Positions 45,170 through 54,479 of a stretch of DNA of 64,000 nt are shown in pieces. A model generated the notes under the pieces. It was given only the letters and a program-made list of their open reading frames with translations. It was not told the origin of the DNA and ran no database searches. Location of the stretch: positions 248,001 through 312,000 of the IMG/VR virus record IMGVR_UViG_3300032046_000001. One strand, given 5' to 3'. The position numbers and the translations under genes were made by a program. Within the stretch, counting starts at the first letter, position 1. Each line of letters opens with the position of its first letter.

Positions 45170-45483
45170 TCAATTTTATTCTCCATAGTTCCATAAATAC
45201 CGTCATAACTGTGAATATAACCATCGTATATAAAATCAAACAAAAATATGGTTTCAGCTTTTGTTATATTTTTAAGATGTATTCCATACTTTTGGAAATG
45301 ATCATCAAAAATTTTTTTTAATCTTGAATTTTTATATTTCCTGGTTTTCAAATATGACTGAATCTTTTTTGAAAATCTCTCGGCTTTTTCTAAATTATCA
45401 AAATCTCTACTACAATGAATAAAACCATTATCTCCAGCACCTGAATTATATTGATAACAGATAAAACGTACTTGATATTTCAT
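45166..45483 (-). CDS. Hypothetical protein
   Basis: ATGA-coupled ORF. Confidence 0.65.
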   Translation of the reverse strand: MKYQVRFICYQYNSGAGDNGFIHCSRDFDNLEKAERFSKKIQSYLKTRKYKNSRLKKIFDDHFQKYGIHLKNITKAETIFLFDFIYDGYIHSYDGIYGTMENKIE

Positions 45484-45713
45484 TCAATCTTCTCTAATGG
45501 ACAATTATCACTAATTATTCTACGATCTGATGTTGGTTTTTTTACTTCTTCTAAAGTGGCAATTATATCACCATTATTTTCTGGATGATGACATAAAAAT
45601 TTACTTCTATTATAATTTAAATAATTCATTTCTAAATGACAATAAGGGCACTCATCACAAAATTTTTCTATAATCAAATTAATTCTTCTTTTCATACATC
45701 CTCCAAATTCCAT
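45480..45713 (-). CDS. Small Cys-rich protein
   Basis: CDECPYC...C...CPL. Confidence 0.65.
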   Translation of the reverse strand: MEFGGCMKRRINLIIEKFCDECPYCHLEMNYLNYNRSKFLCHHPENNGDIIATLEEVKKPTSDRRIISDNCPLEKIE

Positions 45714-45855
45714 TTTGATTTTTTCATGATATCACGTATTGGATGACAATTACAATCAGGTTTATCTTTAAAATCTGATTGCCATATCCATCGCCATGTT
45801 AATAATTTACCACAGTATCCACAAAATAAATATCGTTTTAATTTATTTATTATTT

Positions 45856-46875
45856 TCATATATCATCCGTACACGCATTTATAATTTCAAAACCAATAGA
45901 TAAATAGTTATTCAGTTCACTTTCTGGAATCTCTTTTATTTCTAAATATTTCTTTAATTTTTCTTCCATTGACATATTGATTGTTAATCCACGATTTGTT
46001 ATATCTTTGATTGTTTTATCAACAACATTGAATTCATCTTTAATATCATCGGTATCTACTTTATCTTTTTTGACTATATTAATATGATGACCTTGTTCTT
46101 TTAAATACCGAGCTTCATGAATAATTTCATTTTTATTTTCACTAGTGACTTCAAATTCGTAATGTTTCTTGTATCCCTGCGTTAAAACACTTTCAATTAT
46201 ATCAATATCAGTATCGACAACCAAGAATCGTTTGTCGTCATTTTTCTCACCCCAATCCAATTGGATAAGAGATCCGACATAGTACAATCTAATATCATCT
46301 CTTATTATTTCTTGGGATTTATGATAATGGGATAATAATACTGTTCCATATTTTCCAATTAATTCTGATAATCTAATGTCAGCAATAACACTGATACCAG
46401 AATTTAATATTCCTTCATTTAAACCGAAATGTGAAACTAAGTATCTTGCAGTATTATTTTTGATGACATCAACCATTCCATATGAATATGGAATATACAT
46501 GATATCACCTATTTTGGTGGGTTTTGAAATTCGAATAACATTTGGTTCATTATCAACACATGATAAAGCCGATACTACATCTTCACCACGTCCTGAAAGG
46601 TCATGATTACCATCAATTATTGTAAATCTCAAATTTTTATATGATCTGATAAAAGATAGGAATATATTCATTGCTAAAGAATGAATAATTGATTTATTAT
46701 GAAATACATCACCAGAAATAACAATATTTTCAATATTATTATCAACAGCATAATTTGCCATTTGATATAATATCATATTGATATCGTGTAATCTCTCTGG
46801 TAAATTCGATTCATGATTTATTCTATCATTTGAATATTTACTGAGATGAATATCTCCTGTGAATAAAAATTTAAT
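45856..46875 (-). CDS. sbcD: SbcD/Mre11 (gp47-like) nuclease with probable non-canonical ATT/ATA start
   Basis: GDVFH, GNHD, SH, SHYH, YVGS; the frame extends 33 codons upstream of the ATG at 46776 and includes motif I FTGDIH. Confidence 0.93.
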   Translation of the reverse strand: MKFLFTGDIHLSKYSNDRINHESNLPERLHDINMILYQMANYAVDNNIENIVISGDVFHNKSIIHSLAMNIFLSFIRSYKNLRFTIIDGNHDLSGRGEDVVSALSCVDNEPNVIRISKPTKIGDIMYIPYSYGMVDVIKNNTARYLVSHFGLNEGILNSGISVIADIRLSELIGKYGTVLLSHYHKSQEIIRDDIRLYYVGSLIQLDWGEKNDDKRFLVVDTDIDIIESVLTQGYKKHYEFEVTSENKNEIIHEARYLKEQGHHINIVKKDKVDTDDIKDEFNVVDKTIKDITNRGLTINMSMEEKLKKYLEIKEIPESELNNYLSIGFEIINACTDDI

Positions 46876-47126
46876 TATTTATCACTCCTTTCATATTTTA
46901 AATTATCCATTATATCTAAAATTGAAATTAATTGATTATATATACAATCTCTTTCTTCTTTTTCAGAATATACTAATTTTATCGGTTGTTGATTCTTATA
47001 AAAAATAACTAAATAATATACCCAATAATAACATAATTCTTGTTGTTCTCGCTCTTCGGCATCTTTTCCGACACACAATAATTCATCATTAATATTTACT
47101 ATTGATTTTCCATCACTTATATACAA
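46875..47126 (-). CDS. Hypothetical protein
   Basis: GGAG RBS, TTG start. Confidence 0.65.
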   Translation of the reverse strand: MYISDGKSIVNINDELLCVGKDAEEREQQELCYYWVYYLVIFYKNQQPIKLVYSEKEERDCIYNQLISILDIMDNLKYERSDK

Positions 47127-47129
47127 TCT

Positions 47130-47324
47130 TTATTCTCCTATTATTTCTAAACATCTTTTACATGTCACTTTCGATTTATCTGTAGTAGATGAAATTCTCC
47201 TCGCTGTTTTACCACAAAGAGTATTAGGATCTTCTGGACGACATTTCCCTGAAACCATGTGAACCCATTGATCATAATTTTTTCTCTTCTTTGGAGCGTA
47301 CAGACTTGGCATTTTTGAAATCAT
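47130..47324 (-). CDS. Small zinc-finger protein, paralog of 47321-47533
   Basis: H...TLCG...KVTCKRCLEI. Confidence 0.7.
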   Translation of the reverse strand: MISKMPSLYAPKKRKNYDQWVHMVSGKCRPEDPNTLCGKTARRISSTTDKSKVTCKRCLEIIGE

Positions 47325-47533
47325 TCTAATTTACCATCTTGTTTTAAAATTTCAATACATCTTTCACAAGTGACTTTATCTACAATAAATGTCCTTTTAA
47401 CTTTCTTCGTTCTGTCACCACAAAGAGTTTTACACAAATAATGATCATAATGATCATATGAAGGATAGTGTATTAATTTATAATTACTGTTTTTCACAAC
47501 ATATAAGAGTTTTGTGGGAATTTTTCTTTTCAT
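47321..47533 (-). CDS. Small zinc-finger protein, paralog of 47130-47324
   Basis: H...TLCG...KVTCERCIEI. Confidence 0.7.
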   Translation of the reverse strand: MKRKIPTKLLYVVKNSNYKLIHYPSYDHYDHYLCKTLCGDRTKKVKRTFIVDKVTCERCIEILKQDGKLE

Positions 47534-48555
47534 TTACACTTTTTCACCTCATTCGGAGTCACTGCCTTGTGAAGCCAGTGATGGCGATTCTTTACATCTT
47601 CACTAAATCGTTGGGCTACAAATTTGGCAACTGAATTTTTAAATTCTCGATATGGAAAACTACTTGTAAGTCTAATGACATAACCTTCACAATCGTCATT
47701 TTCAAAATTAGAACGATATAAATTTTTAATCAAATCAGCATTAAATGGTCCGACATATACTATCGGGACAGTTTCCAGTCCGAGTAAGTAGCACCATTCA
47801 GTTGTTGTTTTCCAATCTAAACATATGTTATTCTCATCCCAAATTGAATATACCATAAAATAATTTCTCAAATTATGATAATGAATCGTATGTTTGGCAA
47901 ATAAATTTTCACCACATATTCTCCAACCATCTGGTATATCATAACAGATTTGAGAATGTAGATTCTTAATCCAAGTTCTTGATGGGTGATTACCACTATC
48001 GATAGAACGGGCATGATAATAATCTTTATAAAGACTTGATTGTTCACCATCCATCTTCACCGTTAAAACAATCTGTTTTCCAATGAAATGATCAATTGAT
48101 TGTAATCTCTTATCATCACTTGTTACCGTCTCTGACCAAGGTAAGTGATAGGTCCTTGGATATTTAATATATGGACAAAATAAATCAAGAACTGGTTCTA
48201 TAATCTTCTGAACCGATTCATCAAAGAATAATGGACCTCTTAATCGTCTTCCATTTTGAAGAATAATATTACCCCATTTATCATATCGTTCATCGGTATA
48301 AAAGTCTTCAGGTAAAACTATTTCAGTAATACCTGAAGACTCTCTTATTTGGTCACAACTTATGATTGTTTGTTCAGCTTTTATATGACAATCTCCACAT
48401 AATGATGCTCCATTATTTAAATAATAACCGCCATCATTGAATAATCTTCTTTCGATTATATGATGAGCGTCTTGAGATGGAGATTTACAAATGACGCATT
48501 GATTATTATCTCTCTTGAATACTTCGGTTCTAAAAACATCCCTTGAAAGTAACAT
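47530..48555 (-). CDS. RNA ligase with N-terminal HNH-type zinc domain
   Basis: CVIC..DAHHI...NGASLCGDCH (HNH); KYPRTYHLPWS, KMDG, GENLFAKH, EGYVIR, AKFV (RNA ligase); start re-placed at MLLSRD after AAGGAGG. Confidence 0.9.
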   Translation of the reverse strand: MLLSRDVFRTEVFKRDNNQCVICKSPSQDAHHIIERRLFNDGGYYLNNGASLCGDCHIKAEQTIISCDQIRESSGITEIVLPEDFYTDERYDKWGNIILQNGRRLRGPLFFDESVQKIIEPVLDLFCPYIKYPRTYHLPWSETVTSDDKRLQSIDHFIGKQIVLTVKMDGEQSSLYKDYYHARSIDSGNHPSRTWIKNLHSQICYDIPDGWRICGENLFAKHTIHYHNLRNYFMVYSIWDENNICLDWKTTTEWCYLLGLETVPIVYVGPFNADLIKNLYRSNFENDDCEGYVIRLTSSFPYREFKNSVAKFVAQRFSEDVKNRHHWLHKAVTPNEVKKCK

Positions 48556-48571
48556 AGAAACCTCCTTTAAT

Positions 48572-48757
48572 TTATGAAAACCATTCTTCTGCTGTTCCTT
48601 CATATTCACAAAATAAATATGATTCATCTTTTAGATAATTATTATTTTTATCAAATAATTCAACAGTTAATACTTTAGCAAAAGGACAATTTTCACAATT
48701 ATTATATTTATCACAATAATAATTTTTTTCTAATTTTTCAATCATTAAATCTCCCAA
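48572..48757 (-). CDS. Small Cys-rich hypothetical protein
   Basis: C....CENCPF...C. Confidence 0.6.
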   Translation of the reverse strand: MGDLMIEKLEKNYYCDKYNNCENCPFAKVLTVELFDKNNNYLKDESYLFCEYEGTAEEWFS

Positions 48758-48790
48758 AAAAATAAGGGAGATTTTATCTCCCTTATTTTT
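48758..48790 (-). terminator. Intrinsic terminator hairpin
   Basis: AAAAATAAGGGAGAT/ATCTCCCTTATTTTT with U-tract. Confidence 0.82.
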
Positions 48791-49490
48791 AAGCGACTAA
48801 TTCATAGTCACTGTGTGTTTTTCTTGCTGGAATAATATATCCAGGAAAATCTTCCATTGGATATGTTTTTTGCTCGAACGGATTGACTCTTACTCTCCAA
48901 TAATTTGCCTTAATGACATTATATATTGTTTGTGGAGTCACTCGACCAATATTTCCTATATGGCCAAATCTTTTTATAATTTCTCTGGCCGTTATATTGG
49001 GATTTTTATAAACTTCCTGCCTTATTAATAAAATATCGTCATTCTCCAATTTATGATTCCAATGACGAATTCCTCTTGGCCAGAAATTGATTCTCAAATT
49101 TTTATAATGGCAGTTCTTTTTATCACCATCCTCAAATTCGATAATCATTTTTGTCAATTCGGTTTGAATGATATTTTTGGTACCTTCTGCGATTCGTCGT
49201 TCTTCAACATAGCGTGGAAAATCACAATTAAATGTGTCCCAAACCAATCGTTTTACTTCAATCGTATCAGCAACACCATCTTCTGATAATCTAACAATGT
49301 CTGCATTTCCCCACGTTAATGGATATAATACTCTACCAACATATGTTGATTTTCCTGGTTTTATTCTAACGATTGTTCCATCTTCCACAACCGCATAATT
49401 TTTATAACCTTTAATACGAGATATTTTCTTATTTGGAAATTGATTTACAACACATGATGGTATACCAGTATTATCGAATAATTCACCCAT
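48789..49490 (-). CDS. Degenerate NUMOD4/HNH-HTH protein (catalytic His substituted)
   Basis: IKGYKNYAV..DG.I, VKRLVWDTF, IEFEDGDKKNCHYKNL, G.RHWNHKL, C-terminal HTH. Confidence 0.7.
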   Translation of the reverse strand: MGELFDNTGIPSCVVNQFPNKKISRIKGYKNYAVVEDGTIVRIKPGKSTYVGRVLYPLTWGNADIVRLSEDGVADTIEVKRLVWDTFNCDFPRYVEERRIAEGTKNIIQTELTKMIIEFEDGDKKNCHYKNLRINFWPRGIRHWNHKLENDDILLIRQEVYKNPNITAREIIKRFGHIGNIGRVTPQTIYNVIKANYWRVRVNPFEQKTYPMEDFPGYIIPARKTHSDYELVA

Positions 49491-49628
49491 TTTTAATTCT
49501 CCCTATTATATTTGATAGTATAGATTTTAGTATTTTTTTTAATTTATTTTGTAGATAAAATCATTGTTAAATTCAAATTCTATTTTTATTTTTAATTATT
49601 TTTGGAGAACAAAAACTAATTATTTTAT

Positions 49629-50306
49629 TTATAATTTAATATGTGACCACGATCTTCCAGTTTTTATCGCTGAAATTGTTAATTGACTAACTCCAAACAT
49701 ATCAGCTATTTCTTGTTGAGTTAATATTCCCTCTTTTAATAATAATTTTATTTGAATCACTTGTTCTTCTGTTAGTTTGTGATTTGTAGAATTTTCTCCT
49801 CTTAAAATTTTTAATTCGCCACTTTTAAATTTTTCTTTTCTACTTTCACTTATTTTCGTTATTGTTTCTTTAGAATGATGTTCTCCTTTCTTTTTTTCAC
49901 TGATTTTCTTTTTTGTTTCTTTTGATATATTTTTCATATGTAGTTTTTGATGTTCAGATTTTGACATCATCATTAAATTATCTAAATTATTATTTTCTTT
50001 CGAAATTTCTGGAAGTATATTTATAAAATCAATATGATGAACATCTTCATCTGATTTTAATTTATAATTATTATGAGTTTCAAAAACTAATCGATGAACT
50101 TGTTTAGGTTTACATTTTCCATTTTTACAAAAATCAACTCTAAAATATTCTCCACCATGTTTTTGTTGTTTTAATATTCTCTCTTTTCCAAATTTTAATG
50201 ATTTAACTCTACCTAAATTACTCACATAATAATCTGAAAAATCTTCTATAACTTTCCATATTTCATTTTCTAAATCATTAATATCTAAATTTTCATATAT
50301 TTTCAT
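49629..50306 (-). CDS. NUMOD4-HNH-NUMOD3-HTH homing endonuclease
   Basis: YYVSNLGRVKS, VHRLVFETH, VHHID..NNNLDNL, HSKETITKIS, C-terminal HTH. Confidence 0.9.
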   Translation of the reverse strand: MKIYENLDINDLENEIWKVIEDFSDYYVSNLGRVKSLKFGKERILKQQKHGGEYFRVDFCKNGKCKPKQVHRLVFETHNNYKLKSDEDVHHIDFINILPEISKENNNLDNLMMMSKSEHQKLHMKNISKETKKKISEKKKGEHHSKETITKISESRKEKFKSGELKILRGENSTNHKLTEEQVIQIKLLLKEGILTQQEIADMFGVSQLTISAIKTGRSWSHIKL

Positions 50307-51724
50307 TTTTTATTACTTTCTATTTCTTTTAAGAAACTATAAATATCATCAATTTTTTCAATTTTATCTTCTATTTTGAAATAATTTATTTCCCACTCTT
50401 TACTTTTATAAAATTGAATTCTTTTATATACAGTTTTAAAAATATCTTTATAACCAATATCTACAAGATCAAAGATGACTGGTTTTTTCTTATTTAGTGA
50501 TGTTCTTAAAATTCTACCACAAATTTGTGTGATGTTTCCTATAGGAGATGTCATTATTAATGAATCCTTTTCTGGCGCATCAATTCCGTCACGAACTTTT
50601 CCTGGAGTTGCGAAAACGACTCTTGATTTTAAATTATCGTTCTTATCAGTTTTAAAATAAGTCGCTTTATCATCACACTCAAATGATTTGAATAACTGTT
50701 CAACAAATTTGACTCTCTCAATAATAATAAAAATATTTCTATCTCTTGATTTATATAATAATTCTAGACAAATTTTATTTAATTTATCTGATTTTTTTAA
50801 TAAATTTAAATACCTGGAACGCTCGAATTTACCTCCCCAATAAACGTATTTAAAACTCTTTGTCAAACCAAAATTAAAAAATATGATATTAACCTTGGCT
50901 TTCATTATACCACTTTCGCCATCGGGTTTATATATTTTTCCGAGATGATATATCAAAATATCAGATGTACCATCATATCGTTTAGGAGTTGCTGATAATC
51001 CAAATCTACGTTTTACAGGAATATATAATGAACATTCAGAAAATTTTTTAGCTCCACTGGTTACATGTAATTCATCAGAAAAAAGTAAACCAAAGTTAGC
51101 TTTTTCTAATTCTAATATGAATTCATCTTTTCTATTTTTTAATGCCATCATAAAACTTTGAACCGTTGCGATTACTATAGATTTCGAAAAAGATTCTTTT
51201 ATTTTTGAATTTTCTAATATAGAAATATTATCTCCAATATCAGTAAATTCTCTAAACCTTTCAATCCATTGATGTGCCAGATTGGTTCTATGAAGAAGAA
51301 TTAGTGTCTTTTTTTTAATTTTTGATATAGCCATGATCGCAATGATAGTTTTTCCACTGCCAGTGTCTAATTGAATTATTCCTTCATTATTATTTAATAA
51401 ATAGTCTAAGGTTTCTTCTTGTAATTTATTTCTTGGAATGGCATTACATTGAATTTCTATATCACAACCATCGATTCTTTCATCAATAATATCACAATCA
51501 ATCAAATCTTCAATTGGATAAAGAACTGGAACATACAGATTGGTTTCATCTTCATTAAAAAATTGATTGATTTCACCTTTATTATTATGATAATTATTAA
51601 ATCTTCTGGTTAGATTTTTTTTAATTATATTACACAATTCAGAGTGATGTTTTGATATAATCAATGAATCTCTTCTAATAATTTTTATTTTATGCGACTC
51701 AGTATCTAAATTTTCATAAATCAT
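50303..51724 (-). CDS. Superfamily 2 DNA/RNA helicase (UvsW/XPB-like)
   Basis: TGSGKT, DELH, GLSATPKR.DG, GID.P, QICGRILR. Confidence 0.93.
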   Translation of the reverse strand: MIYENLDTESHKIKIIRRDSLIISKHHSELCNIIKKNLTRRFNNYHNNKGEINQFFNEDETNLYVPVLYPIEDLIDCDIIDERIDGCDIEIQCNAIPRNKLQEETLDYLLNNNEGIIQLDTGSGKTIIAIMAISKIKKKTLILLHRTNLAHQWIERFREFTDIGDNISILENSKIKESFSKSIVIATVQSFMMALKNRKDEFILELEKANFGLLFSDELHVTSGAKKFSECSLYIPVKRRFGLSATPKRYDGTSDILIYHLGKIYKPDGESGIMKAKVNIIFFNFGLTKSFKYVYWGGKFERSRYLNLLKKSDKLNKICLELLYKSRDRNIFIIIERVKFVEQLFKSFECDDKATYFKTDKNDNLKSRVVFATPGKVRDGIDAPEKDSLIMTSPIGNITQICGRILRTSLNKKKPVIFDLVDIGYKDIFKTVYKRIQFYKSKEWEINYFKIEDKIEKIDDIYSFLKEIESNKK

Positions 51725-51738
51725 TATTACCTCAAAAG

Positions 51739-52185
51739 TTAGTTTATACCGTTAATTTTTCTTATAAATTCATCTATAATATTTATTGGTGTTGATGGAT
51801 TAAAACTATGAAATTTAACATCAAAATCATAAAATCTATTTTGATATCGAGATGATAAACCATCAAAATTAATATTATTTAAATTTTGATTTATTGATAA
51901 CCCTGATAAAACAAATTCATTTTTTCGAAATTGATCCAATGTTATTATACGTTGAGTACCATCTATTACCAATTCATTACCATCACGTTGTTCATGAAAA
52001 TATAATGGCTGAATTGGGATTCTCATTAAACAACTTTCAATAAATTCACTTTGTTTTATTCTATCCCAAGTCAAATCATTATGATCAGTAATACAAATAC
52101 GTCCTTTTTCCAAACATTGTAATATATCATAGATAATTTTATGATTACTTCGAATATCAACATAAATAACATCATCAATTTTCAT
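51739..52185 (-). CDS. Stand-alone DUF262 (ParB/GmrS-like) domain protein
   Basis: W...KQSEFIESCLMRIPI, VIDGTQRI. Confidence 0.85.
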   Translation of the reverse strand: MKIDDVIYVDIRSNHKIIYDILQCLEKGRICITDHNDLTWDRIKQSEFIESCLMRIPIQPLYFHEQRDGNELVIDGTQRIITLDQFRKNEFVLSGLSINQNLNNINFDGLSSRYQNRFYDFDVKFHSFNPSTPINIIDEFIRKINGIN

Positions 52186-53169
52186 TTATTTCTCCATATT
52201 TTTATAATATTCTATAGTCTGATATAATCCTTCATTCAAATCAATATATGATGAAAAATTTAAATCTCGTATTGCAGGTAAAGTATCGGCACGACTATAA
52301 CTAACATCACCTTTTCGAGTTTCTTGATATATCGGTCTAATGTCTTTTTCAAGAATTTTATTTATGGTTTCTAAAAGTTCATTCAAAGTTACACCATCAC
52401 CACAACCAATATCTAAAATATTTCCACTAATTGGTGATTGTGTTGCAAGATAATTAGCATGTATAATATTATCAACATAAGTGAAATCTCTTACCTGATT
52501 CCCATCACCATAAATTATTGGTTGTTCATCATTTAAGATTTTATTTATAAATATTGGAATAACCGCTGAATATTGAGAATTTGGATTTTGATATTTACCA
52601 AAGACATTAAAATATCTCAGTACTGTTACTGGTATATTAAATGAGTGATGATATGAATTAACTAATAATTCACCAATACCTTTTGTAGCTGCATATGGTG
52701 ACTTACATAGTGGTGGTCTTAATGATGGTTCATCTTTAAAATTATATACTCCACCATAATAACTACTTGAACTTGCATACACAAGTTTCTTAACACTATG
52801 ATTTTCTCTTATCACCTCCAACAAATTTAAAGTTGATTTCACATTATTTTTAATCACCCATTCTGGATCATCAATGGATCGTTGAATAGACGGTATAGCG
52901 GCAAGATGAATCACATAATCTATTTTATAATGTCTAAGTAAATATCTTAAATCGGCATAATTTTCTGTCAATCTATCATGTGTTAGATTGATATTATAAA
53001 ATAAAAAATTATCATTTTCTTCTAATTTTTTTATAACTGGATGACAAATTGGAATATATGATGTCACATAATTATCAATTCCTATGACTCTATGACCTAT
53101 TCGTACTAAATCTTCACATTGATTCATTCCAATGAATCCAGCCGCGCCAGTAACTAAAAAAGTTTTCAT
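52186..53169 (-). CDS. NAD-dependent nucleotide-sugar epimerase/dehydratase
   Basis: LVTGAAGFIG, HLAA, YASSSS, YAATK, LRYFNVFG, RDFTYV. Confidence 0.95.
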   Translation of the reverse strand: MKTFLVTGAAGFIGMNQCEDLVRIGHRVIGIDNYVTSYIPICHPVIKKLEENDNFLFYNINLTHDRLTENYADLRYLLRHYKIDYVIHLAAIPSIQRSIDDPEWVIKNNVKSTLNLLEVIRENHSVKKLVYASSSSYYGGVYNFKDEPSLRPPLCKSPYAATKGIGELLVNSYHHSFNIPVTVLRYFNVFGKYQNPNSQYSAVIPIFINKILNDEQPIIYGDGNQVRDFTYVDNIIHANYLATQSPISGNILDIGCGDGVTLNELLETINKILEKDIRPIYQETRKGDVSYSRADTLPAIRDLNFSSYIDLNEGLYQTIEYYKNMEK

Positions 53170-54479
53170 TTCACAACCTCGGCATACTTATTTAATATAT
53201 ATTGATTAATATTATTCAAATTATTTTCATATTCTTTTATTTTATTTTCGATTTCTTCAATATCAACATTCAAAGTCAATAATTTATTTATTCGATATTT
53301 TGAAAATAAAAATTTAATCATTTCTTCAGATACTGAAGTCTTTTCATGAATCTCTTTTATTATTTCGTCAACAATAATTTGATTCTTACCCTTAATACAC
53401 TTTGAGAGAACTGGTCTTATTTTTAATAATGCCAGATATTCTTCTTTTAAATCATTACAATCTTTTATCTTTGAATTCAACATAACCTTCGTTATTTCAA
53501 AATAATTATTATATGATTTTAATAATAATTCATCAACAGATGTTCGTCTGACATTCCAATTTGAATCGGTCACAATTATATCAAAAGGTATAGTTCCATT
53601 GAGAAACTTATCTAACTTTTCTACAAATCGGTTAAATAATAATTCTCTATTTCTTTGTTTATTTAATTCAAATACTACTTCTGTTCCAACTTTAGCACTG
53701 GATAAATCAGAGATATCAAAATTTTCAATATCATTTTGTAATTGTTTTTTATTTTTTAATTTTTCAAATGATCCAGGCCACGATTTTAATTTAATTGTGA
53801 AATTTTGATTGTTATGAATGTAAATACCTTTAACTCTTATTTTTGATCGACCAACTGTTAATAATTTTTCTAATTCTTCATCAGATGATAATATTTCACA
53901 ATTGCTGATTGGTTTGATTATTGGTTTCTTTTTAGTCACACCCAATAAATATAATAATCTTTTATAAAGATCTTTTATCTTATAACAAGGTATAATAGTT
54001 CTATATCCGAATCCAATCCCTGATGTATATTCATTTCCCAATAAACAAAGAGGGAACATTGATGGAAAATATAAGGGTTCCTTATCTAAATCAAGAGCTT
54101 CCCACGGAACATAATTAATCAAACTGAATGTCAAATCAATCATGTGATTTGATAAACAACATTCAGTATATCTCATTGCTGCACATTTAGCTTCGGATTC
54201 ATCAGTCCCAAGTTTTGATCCCCAGTTTCCTTGACCAATTACAAATCCTTGATGTACAAGTTGTTCTAATGTTCCGTAGACACTTCCATGTGGATGATAA
54301 TGAAAAATCGTATGACCATCTATTCTTGCTGATTTTACAAATTGTTCTCTGGCAACTTGATATACCGATAGAAGTGTTCGTCTTTCGACTGGTTTTAAAC
54401 CATCTACATCTAATGGAAAACATCTATAATTACAATAGTCTCCATAATTTTTATATAATTTTAAAATAATATCATTCAA
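53166..54479 (-). CDS. gyrA: Type IIA topoisomerase subunit A (GyrA/ParC-like, no C-terminal pinwheel)
   Basis: DGLKPVERR, YHPHG, GQGNWGS, AAMRYTE catalytic Tyr, GIGFG. Confidence 0.92.
   Translation of the reverse strand: MNDIILKLYKNYGDYCNYRCFPLDVDGLKPVERRTLLSVYQVAREQFVKSARIDGHTIFHYHPHGSVYGTLEQLVHQGFVIGQGNWGSKLGTDESEAKCAAMRYTECCLSNHMIDLTFSLINYVPWEALDLDKEPLYFPSMFPLCLLGNEYTSGIGFGYRTIIPCYKIKDLYKRLLYLLGVTKKKPIIKPISNCEILSSDEELEKLLTVGRSKIRVKGIYIHNNQNFTIKLKSWPGSFEKLKNKKQLQNDIENFDISDLSSAKVGTEVVFELNKQRNRELLFNRFVEKLDKFLNGTIPFDIIVTDSNWNVRRTSVDELLLKSYNNYFEITKVMLNSKIKDCNDLKEEYLALLKIRPVLSKCIKGKNQIIVDEIIKEIHEKTSVSEEMIKFLFSKYRINKLLTLNVDIEEIENKIKEYENNLNNINQYILNKYAEVVK

Noticed and set aside
51695-51724. Helicase N-terminus MIYENLD resembles the HNH N-terminus MKIYENLD
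   Set aside because: Only ~16 nt of AT-rich identity; could be chance, and no functional claim can be supported.
4115-53169. A DNA hypermodification pathway built from the radical SAMs, GP88-like protein, methyltransferases, glycosylase and sugar epimerase
   Set aside because: The genes are scattered, and no hallmark enzymes (queC/D/E, dpdA, glycosyltransferase, hydroxymethylase) are recognisable in this window.
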